Assembly: GCA_964410865.1 (NCBI GenBank)
Contig: CAYPIQ010000009.1
Span: 9,585 to 73,584 of the forward strand
Length of the DNA: 64,000 nt
From: an uncultured Spirochaetales bacterium
Lineage (GTDB): Bacteria; Spirochaetota; Spirochaetia; JAFGDJ01
Direction of reading: 5' to 3'
The notes below the pieces were generated by a model. The model was not told where the DNA came from and did no database searches. It saw only the letters and a list, made by a program, of their open reading frames with translations. Of this stretch, positions 49,162 through 57,799 are shown piece after piece. Position 1 is the stretch's first letter, and each line of letters begins with the position of its first letter. The translations under genes were made by a program, and so were the position numbers.

Positions 49162-51045
49162 ATGTCTGAGAGAATAAAACCCGATCATACCCGGAAATCA
49201 ACAGTAAAAAGCGACATACTACTTGTTGGTCAACCTAATGTAGGTAAAAGCGTTCTCTTTTCACACATTACCGGTGTTAGAACCATCGCATCCAATTATC
49301 CGGGCACCACCGTATCCTATGCTTCGGGAAGAACAAAGTATAAAAACCGGGAACTCTATGTGGTTGATGCGCCCGGAACATATTCCCTCGAACCCTTGGA
49401 CGAAGCCGGAAGAGTCACCGTACAACTCCTTGATCATGCACAGCGGGTAATCAATGTGGTCGACGCAACGCATCTAGAACGCCATCTGCCCCTTACCATG
49501 GAATTGCAGGCACAAACCGGAGATTCTCTTGTTATTGCACTTAACATGTGCGACGAGGCACGGCATAGAGGAATTTCCATCGATACGGAGCTGCTTTCGC
49601 AGAGACTCGGGGCACCGGTGGTGCCGATTGTCGCCCGCACGGGCGAGGGCATCAAAACCTTGATACAAACGGTCATGGAGCGCCCGCCTCGTACCTTTTC
49701 TTCTGCCGATGGAGAGGATAAGCCCGGCCGGCATTCTCATATTAAATATCATGCTCATCCGCCGGGCTCCGACCATTCGCATATAGAACGGCACAGGGTG
49801 TGGGAGAGAATCGGTGATATCGTGGATGAAACCCAGACTCTTCACCACCATCATCACACCTTCGGTGAACGGCTGGAAGACCTGAGCGTCCATCCTGTTT
49901 GGGGAAGTATCATAGCCGTGGTGGTACTCGCCGTATCCTTTAGTCTTATCAGGCTGATAGGAGAATTCCTTATCGGAGGAGGCCTGGGTATTCTCGGCGA
50001 ACCCTGGGTGGAAATTCCCTTCGGTACGGAACTACTCTTCGAGAGGGGGGTAAAACCTCTTCTTATGCGCTTGTCGGATTTTCTTGGTTCCGGCGGCTTT
50101 CTCCATGGGCTACTCATAGGCAGCCTTATAGAGGGCGAGATAGACTTTATGCAGTCCTTCGGCATCCTCACATCCGGTATCTTTGTACCCCTGGGGGCAG
50201 TCTTGCCCTACATTATCAGCTTTTACCTGGTTCTTTCTCTTCTCGAAGATTCCGGTTACCTCCCCCGACTGGCGGTATTCCTGGATAACCTGATGCACAG
50301 ACTGGGACTTCACGGGTATGCCATTATCCCTACCCTCCTCGGGCTCGGTTGCAATGTCCCCGGCATCATGGCTACCCGTATACTCGAAAGCAGGCGGCAG
50401 CGCTTTATAACGGCGACACTCATTTCCACGGCAGTTCCGTGTGCGGCCCTGCAGGCAATGATAATCGGCATTGTAGGCGATCGAGGACTTGGAGCCTTAC
50501 TCTGGGTATTCGGTTCCCTGGTGGTTGTATGGCTTTTGGTGGGGATTATTCTCAGGTTCACATCGAAAGAATTCCGCCCGGAACTGCTGATAGAGATTCC
50601 CCCCTACCGGCTGCCTTCCTTTAAGGCCATACTGTCAAAAATGTGGATGCGTACAGGCGGGTTCCTGCGGGAAGCCCTGCCGGTTATCATGGGAGCGGTG
50701 CTGGTGGTAAACATTCTCTACCAGCTCGACGTGTTCCAATACCTCGCCCGGGCGGCAAGACCTCTTGTTACATATCTGTGGGGAATGCCTGAAGAATCGA
50801 TTGTTCCGCTGTTGATAGGTATACTGCGTAAAGATGTCGCCGTGGGTATGTTTATTCCACTGGCCTTGACCACGAAGCAATTGATTATCGGCAGTGTTGT
50901 CCTGGCCTTGTTTTTCCCCTGCCTTGCAACATTCGTCGTACTCTTCAGGGAGCTCGGGCTCAAGGACGGCCTCAAGTCTATCGGCCTGATGCTTATCGTG
51001 GTAACCGCAACCGGATCAATATTAAATCTTATTCTCCAGGGCTGA
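49162..51045 (+). CDS. feoB: ferrous iron transporter B (G-protein domain plus membrane permease)
   Basis: 627 aa; N-terminal GTPase motifs (LVGQPNVGKSVLF, DAPG, NMCD), then a polytopic permease domain with FeoB gate motifs. Confidence 0.85.
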   Translation: MSERIKPDHTRKSTVKSDILLVGQPNVGKSVLFSHITGVRTIASNYPGTTVSYASGRTKYKNRELYVVDAPGTYSLEPLDEAGRVTVQLLDHAQRVINVVDATHLERHLPLTMELQAQTGDSLVIALNMCDEARHRGISIDTELLSQRLGAPVVPIVARTGEGIKTLIQTVMERPPRTFSSADGEDKPGRHSHIKYHAHPPGSDHSHIERHRVWERIGDIVDETQTLHHHHHTFGERLEDLSVHPVWGSIIAVVVLAVSFSLIRLIGEFLIGGGLGILGEPWVEIPFGTELLFERGVKPLLMRLSDFLGSGGFLHGLLIGSLIEGEIDFMQSFGILTSGIFVPLGAVLPYIISFYLVLSLLEDSGYLPRLAVFLDNLMHRLGLHGYAIIPTLLGLGCNVPGIMATRILESRRQRFITATLISTAVPCAALQAMIIGIVGDRGLGALLWVFGSLVVVWLLVGIILRFTSKEFRPELLIEIPPYRLPSFKAILSKMWMRTGGFLREALPVIMGAVLVVNILYQLDVFQYLARAARPLVTYLWGMPEESIVPLLIGILRKDVAVGMFIPLALTTKQLIIGSVVLALFFPCLATFVVLFRELGLKDGLKSIGLMLIVVTATGSILNLILQG

Positions 51046-51048
51046 CCG

Positions 51049-51590
51049 TCCTCAGCGGTTTTCCGGTAGAAAAGGTATTTCTCATCATTCAAAAGCAGGT
51101 ATATGGCGCTTAGAACAATCTCAGACGTATGTACGGCCAGGTAGAGGTCCTGGTCTACATCAAGGGCTGTTTTAATTGCCGCGAGGTTCGGAGTCCCTCC
51201 GGTATAGAGCCCCGTAAGTAGTCCGGGAAGTTTCCAGCCTTCCTCGATCCCCCGACCCATGACAAGATACACACCGGCAGAAACAAAAACCACCGACAGG
51301 GATGCAAACAGCATCGATAATCCGGCGCGGCCCGAAAGGCGGAACCAGTCACGGATGTTTACCGAAAAAAACATCAGCGGAATAGAAAGGGCCACGGCCG
51401 CCGTTGCCGGGAGACCGAGTCAGGAAATCATGGCGTCGGTCACAATACAGATATTCCCGATCAAAAGACCGAAGATGTAACCGGCGATCAGGGGATTTAT
51501 CTTCCTGAATGCCCGGAGTTTTTCCCTGCCGGCTATCAGCAGGACAGGCACAATAAAAGCCGCGATAACAATCAGTGAAATGTGGTCACC
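51049..51590 (-). pseudogene. LysO/YbjE-like (DUF340) membrane protein remnant, frameshifted and truncated
   Basis: Two frame-shifted minus-strand pieces: LIVIAAFIVPVLLIAGREKLRAFRKINPLIAGYIFGLLIGNI (51423-51590) and ALSIPLMFFS...GGTPNLAAIKTALDVD (from 51395). They resemble N-terminal and GATSMD-motif regions of LysO-type exporters from memory. The downstream part of the track ORF (to 50718) runs antisense into feoB. Confidence 0.35.
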
Positions 51591-52415
51591 TCACGTGTAA
51601 TCAGTTTTTCCCAGAATTCTCTCGAAAAGGCCGGGGAAACGGGTACCCAGGATAAGCGCCGCGGCTGCACGCGGCGGGTATCCGATATAGATATCCCGCC
51701 CCCTGCCGGTAAGTTTTTTCAGCACCTGTTGCGCAGCCCGTTTCGGTTCCGTTCCCAGAAGTTGGTTCCTGTCATTCTTATTCCAGGTGGTGCCGTCTCC
51801 GGCCAGGGCGTGTCTCGAGATATCGGTCCTCAGAAAGCCCGGCACGACCAGGGACACCATAATGCCGGAACCGGAGATCTCCGCCCGGAGGGTATGGAAA
51901 AATCCCTGAAGGCCGTGCTTTGCGGCGGCATAATATGACCGCATGGGTGATGTAATTCTCCCGGCCATGGAAGTAACCGAGACAATATGCCCTGTGCCCC
52001 TTTGCAGCATCCCGGGCAGAATATAACGGGTCAATTCGATCTGCGAATAGAGATTGACCGCCAGTACTTTTCTGCCCACTTCCGGTGAGGTGTCCGTAAA
52101 AAAGCTGCGGTGGCTTACCCCCGCATTCCATATAACCATATCAAGGCCGTCGAAGGCCTTCCATGCGGATTCCGCCAGGGCTTCAAGGCTGTGGAGATTC
52201 TCCATATCCCCGGGGAGCACACACACCCGTCGGTCATCGAATCGGCCGGCCATATCATCCAGAGTGGTTTTATTTCGGGCCGTCAGAACAACCTTTGCCC
52301 CGTACTGCAGCAGCAGCCCTGCCAGTTCAGACCCCAGTCCGGATGAAGCCCCGGTTATCCACACCTTCTTTCCTGAATAAAAAACCATGAGCGGCATTGT
52401 AATCATAAAACGCAT
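51591..52415 (-). CDS. short-chain dehydrogenase/reductase (SDR)
   Basis: Classical SDR cofactor motif VWITGASSGLG and catalytic YxxxK (YYAAAK); likely start at the Met at 52388. Confidence 0.75.
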   Translation of the reverse strand: MRFMITMPLMVFYSGKKVWITGASSGLGSELAGLLLQYGAKVVLTARNKTTLDDMAGRFDDRRVCVLPGDMENLHSLEALAESAWKAFDGLDMVIWNAGVSHRSFFTDTSPEVGRKVLAVNLYSQIELTRYILPGMLQRGTGHIVSVTSMAGRITSPMRSYYAAAKHGLQGFFHTLRAEISGSGIMVSLVVPGFLRTDISRHALAGDGTTWNKNDRNQLLGTEPKRAAQQVLKKLTGRGRDIYIGYPPRAAAALILGTRFPGLFERILGKTDYT

Positions 52416-52576
52416 CTATGGGAACAGGTTTTCCGTCGGCGGCACTAGCGATATGCGACCGCGGGTTGCCGTTTTTTGGATTGCAGGAAACCGAATCATC
52501 CGAAGGGCTTGCCACCCGCGAATATGATATGAAAGGGGCCGTCGAGTTGACGACCCCTTAGAAACCTAGGCGGTCT

Positions 52577-54232
52577 TTACTTCGAGTACTTCGAAAAGAT
52601 GAACCAGTGCTTTGTATCCAGCGGATTCCCGTCCACATCGAGGATAATCTTCGGTACATCCTTTTTCTGCGTAGCCAGGCTGAAAACAACGAGGAATACA
52701 CAGGATACGATAAAGCCCCATACCGAAGAGATATAGAGGGAATCCCACATGGCCCACTCCCAATAGACCCCGGGAATTTGCGGGGTCAAACCGGTATTGG
52801 CCTCGATGGTTACCGGCAGATGGATAAAGTAGGCTATTATCCAGGCGGCGAATCCACCGATGAACGCTGCTATAGCCCCGATATTATTCGCCTTTTTCCA
52901 GAAATAGGCGGCAAAGTAGGGCGCCATGAGTGAAACAAGCAGAATAGACCAGGCTATAACCATCAGGTTATAGATTACCTGGAACCAGAGAGCCAGCACC
53001 AGGGATATGGCCGTAATAATCGGCACGATGATCCTCGTTACCTTCAGGGTCTGCTCCTCCGTTACTTCAGGCTTGATAATTTTATAGGCATTGTAACCCA
53101 GCACGGAAGCTCCGGCCAGAATGGCACTGTCCGCCGATGACATGAGGGCGGCAACAATGGCACTGACAAAGATAACGGTTATAGGAACAGGCATGTATTC
53201 AATTGCCATGTAGATCAGGATCTTGTTCAAGGCGTCCTCGAAGCCGAGATCCGGATTCAGTTTAAAATAGACCATGCCGGCGATAATCGGCATGATACCG
53301 ATGGTAGCATACCCGATACCCGCCAGGGTGGACGACCAGGCACTGACCTTCTCACTCTTGGAAGAAAGGAGTCTCTGCTGGGTGTCCTGGGCAACGATGG
53401 AACCGAAGCCCAGGGAAATCCACGCGGCGATCATGTAAAACCAACCGTAATAACCGGTATACCATAGATACCCCTCGTTTCCGATCTCCGGGTCGGCGTT
53501 CTTTGCCGTGGTATACCCGAAGGACCACTGGTTCAGCTCCATCCAGTTGCCCGAAGGATCGTTGTTGAACACCTCGCTCCAACCACCGCCCAGGGGTACT
53601 ACAATGGCAAGCATTATTGCCAGCCCGACGACGATAATAATCATCTGAAATACATCCGTCAGGGTTACCGCCCACATACCCCCGAGGTATGTGTACACAA
53701 CAACTACAACCGTCGAAATTACTATTCCGATCCACAGTGGTAATCCCGTAAACACATTGATAATTACACCGAAGGCCACAAGCTGTGCGCCAAGCCACCC
53801 CATTTCGCTAATCGCAATAGTAATAATCGACATTATACCCATGGAGTTGCTGTACCGGAGCTGGAAGACGTCCGATACCGTAATATACCGGCCCCTCCTC
53901 ATCAGCCGGCCGAAGACAACCCCAATCAAAATAAGACACACCGCACCGCCCCAGGGATCGAATATAACGCCCTGGTTACCGAAGATGTAAGCGTTACCCG
54001 CACCTCCCATGCACGGACCGGCCCCAAACCACGTGGCGAACATGGTTCCCGTTGCAAGAAACAAACCGAGTCTCCTGCCGGCGACGACATAATCGGCGGT
54101 TCCTTTTACACGCCTCGATGCCCACCAACCGATGAACACCATCACCACCATGTAGAGCAGGAGAAAACCGAGAACCCATCCACCGTACTGATACGTACCT
54201 TCCATGAACGCATCCTCCTGTTTTGTAACCAA
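52577..54232 (-). CDS. sodium:solute symporter (SSS family; PutP/PanF-like)
   Basis: 551 aa; about 13 TM segments; N-terminal VVAGRRLGLFLATGTMFATWFGAG, typical of SSS transporters. Confidence 0.8.
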   Translation of the reverse strand: MVTKQEDAFMEGTYQYGGWVLGFLLLYMVVMVFIGWWASRRVKGTADYVVAGRRLGLFLATGTMFATWFGAGPCMGGAGNAYIFGNQGVIFDPWGGAVCLILIGVVFGRLMRRGRYITVSDVFQLRYSNSMGIMSIITIAISEMGWLGAQLVAFGVIINVFTGLPLWIGIVISTVVVVVYTYLGGMWAVTLTDVFQMIIIVVGLAIMLAIVVPLGGGWSEVFNNDPSGNWMELNQWSFGYTTAKNADPEIGNEGYLWYTGYYGWFYMIAAWISLGFGSIVAQDTQQRLLSSKSEKVSAWSSTLAGIGYATIGIMPIIAGMVYFKLNPDLGFEDALNKILIYMAIEYMPVPITVIFVSAIVAALMSSADSAILAGASVLGYNAYKIIKPEVTEEQTLKVTRIIVPIITAISLVLALWFQVIYNLMVIAWSILLVSLMAPYFAAYFWKKANNIGAIAAFIGGFAAWIIAYFIHLPVTIEANTGLTPQIPGVYWEWAMWDSLYISSVWGFIVSCVFLVVFSLATQKKDVPKIILDVDGNPLDTKHWFIFSKYSK

Positions 54233-54481
54233 GATAGATAATTATATACCCGGTTTTTCCATTCCGGCAATAAAAATCAATTGAGTTCAATATGTCGTTC
54301 CGTTTCGGTACAACTGTATGGTTATTCTCGGATAAGACACAAATACTGGCAATCTTCAAGAAATAGTGCAAAAAGTATCGGAAAAAATTTCCCATCTTTC
54401 GGAGGATGTAAAATATTACCCCTCCGCCCTCCTTTGAAGGCCTGTTTATGTCGTTTTTCCGTTACTTTTCCCTCGTATTCT

Positions 54482-54497
54482 TGGCACGCTTATTGCA
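54482..54497 (+). promoter_or_regulatory. sigma-54 (RpoN) promoter, TTGGCACG-N4-TTGCA
   Basis: Perfect -24/-12 element TGGCAC-gctta-TTGCA at 54482-54497 with the canonical GG-N10-GC spacing, about 35 nt upstream of the ATG at 54533; a sigma-54-dependent activator is encoded 1.7 kb downstream. Confidence 0.55.
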
Positions 54498-54532
54498 ATA
54501 TATAGGATACAAACAATTTCGGAGGTTAACGA

Positions 54533-55015
54533 ATGAAAAAGATAAGTATTGTACTGATCATTATGATCCTTGCCGCCTCGGCCGTATTCGCCGGCGGCAA
54601 CAGCGAAAAGAGGCAGGCGGCAACCGGAAGCGGTCAAGGCCAGGGTCCTGTACTGCAGGCGGCCGAATCCGGGACAACCGAAGAGGTAACCCTCAGCGGA
54701 ACCCTGGTTATGAAAGACGGCTTTCTGGTCCTCTCCGTGGATGATGCCCTGTACTCCCTCGGCGGCCGGGGCACCCGGCTTTACATCGACGAATTCGAAG
54801 CCGGGGATGTTATCGAGGTGCAAGGAATCCTGGTAACCGACTGCCGGGACGACTGCGACCGTGACCTGGACGGTCATATTTTTATGGAAAAGGTTACCAG
54901 GAACGGTGAAGAATTCACCTTTGAGCCCCCCGCCGGCGGCAGCCGGGGTAACGGCCGGGGACAGAGGAAAGGAAACTCTCCCCGGGGGACCGGATATCGC
55001 TGGTCGGAAGCCTGA
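54533..55015 (+). CDS. small secreted protein of unknown function (sigma-54-driven; ZraP/Spy-like genomic position but no sequence similarity)
   Basis: 160 aa; signal peptide MKKISIVLIIMILAASAVFA; Gly/Arg-rich C-terminal tail; Cys/Asp cluster TDCRDDCDRDLDGH; GGAGG RBS. Confidence 0.6.
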   Translation: MKKISIVLIIMILAASAVFAGGNSEKRQAATGSGQGQGPVLQAAESGTTEEVTLSGTLVMKDGFLVLSVDDALYSLGGRGTRLYIDEFEAGDVIEVQGILVTDCRDDCDRDLDGHIFMEKVTRNGEEFTFEPPAGGSRGNGRGQRKGNSPRGTGYRWSEA

Positions 55016-55027
55016 AAAAATGTAAAA

Positions 55028-55055
55028 GAGAGCCGGGACACCCGGCTCTTTTTTG
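55028..55055 (+). terminator. Rho-independent terminator
   Basis: GAGCCGGG-acac-CCCGGCTC hairpin followed by TTTTTTG, 13 nt after the stop of the small secreted protein. Confidence 0.6.
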
Positions 55056-55077
55056 TTATATAATATGACTGAAAATT

Positions 55078-56289
55078 ATGATGAAAAAAAGAACCATAAA
55101 AATAATATTTTTCACCTTCACTTTTCTTCTCCTGCTGCTCGTACTCTCGCTCTTCTTTCTCGCCCTCAGGCAGAGTGTCCGATACAACCGTGTCCTGGCG
55201 GAATACCAGGCATCAAGGCTTTCGGTTCGTCTTACCGAATTGTACCTCTCCGGAGAAGAACTTACGATGGCCGATCTGGAGGAAAACACCCTGGGATTCG
55301 GTGTATACACCGGAACGGGACAGCCTGTCCTGCGTTTCGGAGATGTCCCTGCACAAATCGAAGATCTGCACCCGGGTTATGCCGGCGAAACAGTACTCCG
55401 GGATAAAAATCATCTGACCGTCATCAGGTCCTCGGGGCGCGGGCGGATGCGGCAGGACCACATACCGGGACAAGCCGGCCGGGAACGGATAATCACCATC
55501 CTTGTCGTTGATGACCGGAACACCCGCAATGCGGCATCTTTTTTATTCGTACTGACCCTTCTCCTGTTCCTTGCCTTCCTCGCCCTCAGCGGGGGTATTG
55601 TATTCCTCTATCGCCGGATAGACCGTCTGAAGGCCGAAGAGGGTAAAAACCTCCAGTTGATTCGACTCGGCCAGGCTGCCAGAGTCCTGACCCATGAAAT
55701 AAAAAACCCCCTGGGAGCTATACGGATCCAGGAACAAATACTGCGGAAAAAGCTTCCGGAGGAATTCAAACCATCCCTGTCGGTTATAGGGGAAGAAACC
55801 GCCAGGATCGCCAGGTTGACCGACAGGGTCGGCGAGTTTCTCAAACATCCGGAGGGGACGCCCTCCGAGGTCGATTTGGTTTCGACCCTACAGGAACTGA
55901 TCCACACCATGCCCGGTACTATTACCATCAAACTGAATACAGGAGAATCGGCGAAGGTCCGGATCGATCCCGACAATCTCCGGTCGGTATTCGAGAATAT
56001 CCTCACGAACGCCGTCCTCAGCGGGGGGCCCGACTCTCCCGTTACAATAACCGTCGATCATACCAAGGGTGGATATACCGTATCGGTGGCCGACAACGGA
56101 CCGGGAATAGATCCTGCCTCGGCTGACAGGATTTTTGATATCTTCTATACTACCAGGACCAGCGGATCGGGAATAGGCCTGGCCGTGGCTAAAGCTTTTA
56201 TAGAGGCTGCCGGCGGCTCGATAACAGCGCGGAACCGCCCGGAAGGAGGAGCAGTGTTTACGGTAATTCTCCCGGAGTATAGAGATTGA
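55078..56289 (+). CDS. two-component sensor histidine kinase (NtrB/ZraS/AtoS-like)
   Basis: 403 aa; two TM segments flanking a periplasmic sensor domain; H-box LTHEIKNPLGAI; HATPase_c with GSGIGLAV. Confidence 0.8.
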   Translation: MMKKRTIKIIFFTFTFLLLLLVLSLFFLALRQSVRYNRVLAEYQASRLSVRLTELYLSGEELTMADLEENTLGFGVYTGTGQPVLRFGDVPAQIEDLHPGYAGETVLRDKNHLTVIRSSGRGRMRQDHIPGQAGRERIITILVVDDRNTRNAASFLFVLTLLLFLAFLALSGGIVFLYRRIDRLKAEEGKNLQLIRLGQAARVLTHEIKNPLGAIRIQEQILRKKLPEEFKPSLSVIGEETARIARLTDRVGEFLKHPEGTPSEVDLVSTLQELIHTMPGTITIKLNTGESAKVRIDPDNLRSVFENILTNAVLSGGPDSPVTITVDHTKGGYTVSVADNGPGIDPASADRIFDIFYTTRTSGSGIGLAVAKAFIEAAGGSITARNRPEGGAVFTVILPEYRD

Positions 56290-57623
56290 TAAAGATCCTT
56301 ATCGCCGATGACGAACTCCACATACGAACATCTCTTTCCGAATATCTGGCAACCGAGGATATGGATGTGGTTACGGTGGAAAACGGACACGCTGCAAGAA
56401 AGGCACTCCAGGAAACAACCTTTGATTGCCTGGTGGCGGATCTGAAAATGCCCGGCATGGACGGCCTCGAACTGCTCGAGTGGATTACCTCGGAAGGTCC
56501 CTCACTGCCGGTAATCATGATGTCTGCCTTCGGTGATATCGAAGACGCAGTGGCGGCTATGAAGCAGGGCGCTTATGATTACATCACCAAGCCCTTTAAC
56601 CCGGAAGAGCTTGTCCTGCGAATACGGAAATCCGTCGAAGAACACACCCTTAAACTCGTCCACCGGCCCGGCCTGCCCGGCGGTATGAAGACCGAAAGTC
56701 GTCACGCATCCATGCAGAAGGTGTACAGGCTGGTCGAACGAGCCGCGCCCACGGATACAACGGTACTTATTACCGGGGAAAGCGGAACGGGAAAAGAGGT
56801 TATCGCCGGTCTGATTCACTCCATATCACGGCGCGCCTCCGGTCCGTTTATCCCGGTAAACATCGCGGGAATCCCCGACACCCTGATGGAGAGTGAATTA
56901 TTCGGGTACGAGAAAGGGGCGTTCACCGGGGCTGAAAAAAGAAAAGAAGGACTCTTCGAAGCCGCGGGCTCGGGCACCATTTTTCTCGACGAAATCGGAG
57001 AAGCGCCGTCTCACCTTCAGGTAAAACTCCTGAGGGTATTGCAGGAGAAGAAAATACAACGCCTGGGGGCTACCGGTATCGTCCCGGTGGATGTAAGGAT
57101 TATTGCCGCCACAAACCGGGACCTGGAAGCCATGGTCGAGAGGGGAGAATTCCGCGAGGACCTTTTTTACCGGCTTAATGTCATCCGTATAGAATTACCC
57201 CCCTTGCGGGAAAGAGCGGAAGACCTGCCGGGTATCTCGGCGGACCTGCTGAAAAAAATATCCCTCCGGATAGGCAAACCGGTATCAGGTATAACCGAAT
57301 CCGCCATGCGGAAACTCTCGGGATATACATTCCCCGGGAATATTCGGGAACTCGAGAACCTGCTGGAACGGTCCGTTATCCTTAGTTCCACCGAGATAAT
57401 CGACGCGGAGGATATAGATCTTCCGGTACCGCAGGAAACGGAGGAACGTAAGATACCCCGGGGTACCTTGATGGAGGTCGAGAAACAGGCGATCATGGAA
57501 GCACTGTACAGGCACGAAGGACATCGTGACCGGACTGCAGCGGAACTCGGCATTACCCGGCGGACACTTCTGAACAAGATAAAAACATACGGTATAACCG
57601 AGTTCAACAGAAAAAATACCTGA
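56286..57623 (+). CDS. sigma-54-dependent response regulator (NtrC/ZraR/AtoC family; REC-AAA+-Fis HTH)
   Basis: 445 aa; receiver (ILIADDE...LVADLKMPGMDG); AAA+ sigma-54 interaction domain with GESGTGKE and the GAFTGA loop (ELFGYEKGAFTGA); C-terminal Fis-type HTH; ATGA-coupled to the kinase gene. Confidence 0.85.
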   Translation: MIKILIADDELHIRTSLSEYLATEDMDVVTVENGHAARKALQETTFDCLVADLKMPGMDGLELLEWITSEGPSLPVIMMSAFGDIEDAVAAMKQGAYDYITKPFNPEELVLRIRKSVEEHTLKLVHRPGLPGGMKTESRHASMQKVYRLVERAAPTDTTVLITGESGTGKEVIAGLIHSISRRASGPFIPVNIAGIPDTLMESELFGYEKGAFTGAEKRKEGLFEAAGSGTIFLDEIGEAPSHLQVKLLRVLQEKKIQRLGATGIVPVDVRIIAATNRDLEAMVERGEFREDLFYRLNVIRIELPPLRERAEDLPGISADLLKKISLRIGKPVSGITESAMRKLSGYTFPGNIRELENLLERSVILSSTEIIDAEDIDLPVPQETEERKIPRGTLMEVEKQAIMEALYRHEGHRDRTAAELGITRRTLLNKIKTYGITEFNRKNT

Positions 57624-57729
57624 CCTCCCAGGGGGTATCAGATCGAAAAACAGCTCCGGGCGGAAGGGCATATAATACCCATGGAAACTTGAGCCTTTCC
57701 GTCCGATGGGATTCAAAAGCCTCCGGGGC

Positions 57730-57757
57730 TTGACAAACCGGAGCTTCGGCCTAGACT
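57730..57757 (+). promoter_or_regulatory. candidate sigma-70 promoter TTGACA-N16-TAGACT upstream of ptsP
   Basis: Consensus -35 TTGACA at 57730-57735, 16-nt spacer, TAGACT at 57752-57757, 40 nt upstream of the ptsP start. Confidence 0.3.
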
Positions 57758-57799
57758 GGTTATGGAGGAATCCACATACTATAGGGATGTAAACGGGCT

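Noticed and set aside
51038-51070. Possible terminator after feoB (GCTGA-ccgtcc-TCAGC followed by GGTTTTCC)
   Set aside because: Stem of only 5 bp and a weak U-tract; too marginal to report as a feature
55056-55061. TATAAT hexamer between the terminator and the sensor-kinase start
   Set aside because: Only about 16 nt upstream of the ATG and without a credible -35 element; the kinase may instead be expressed by partial read-through or from an unrecognised promoter
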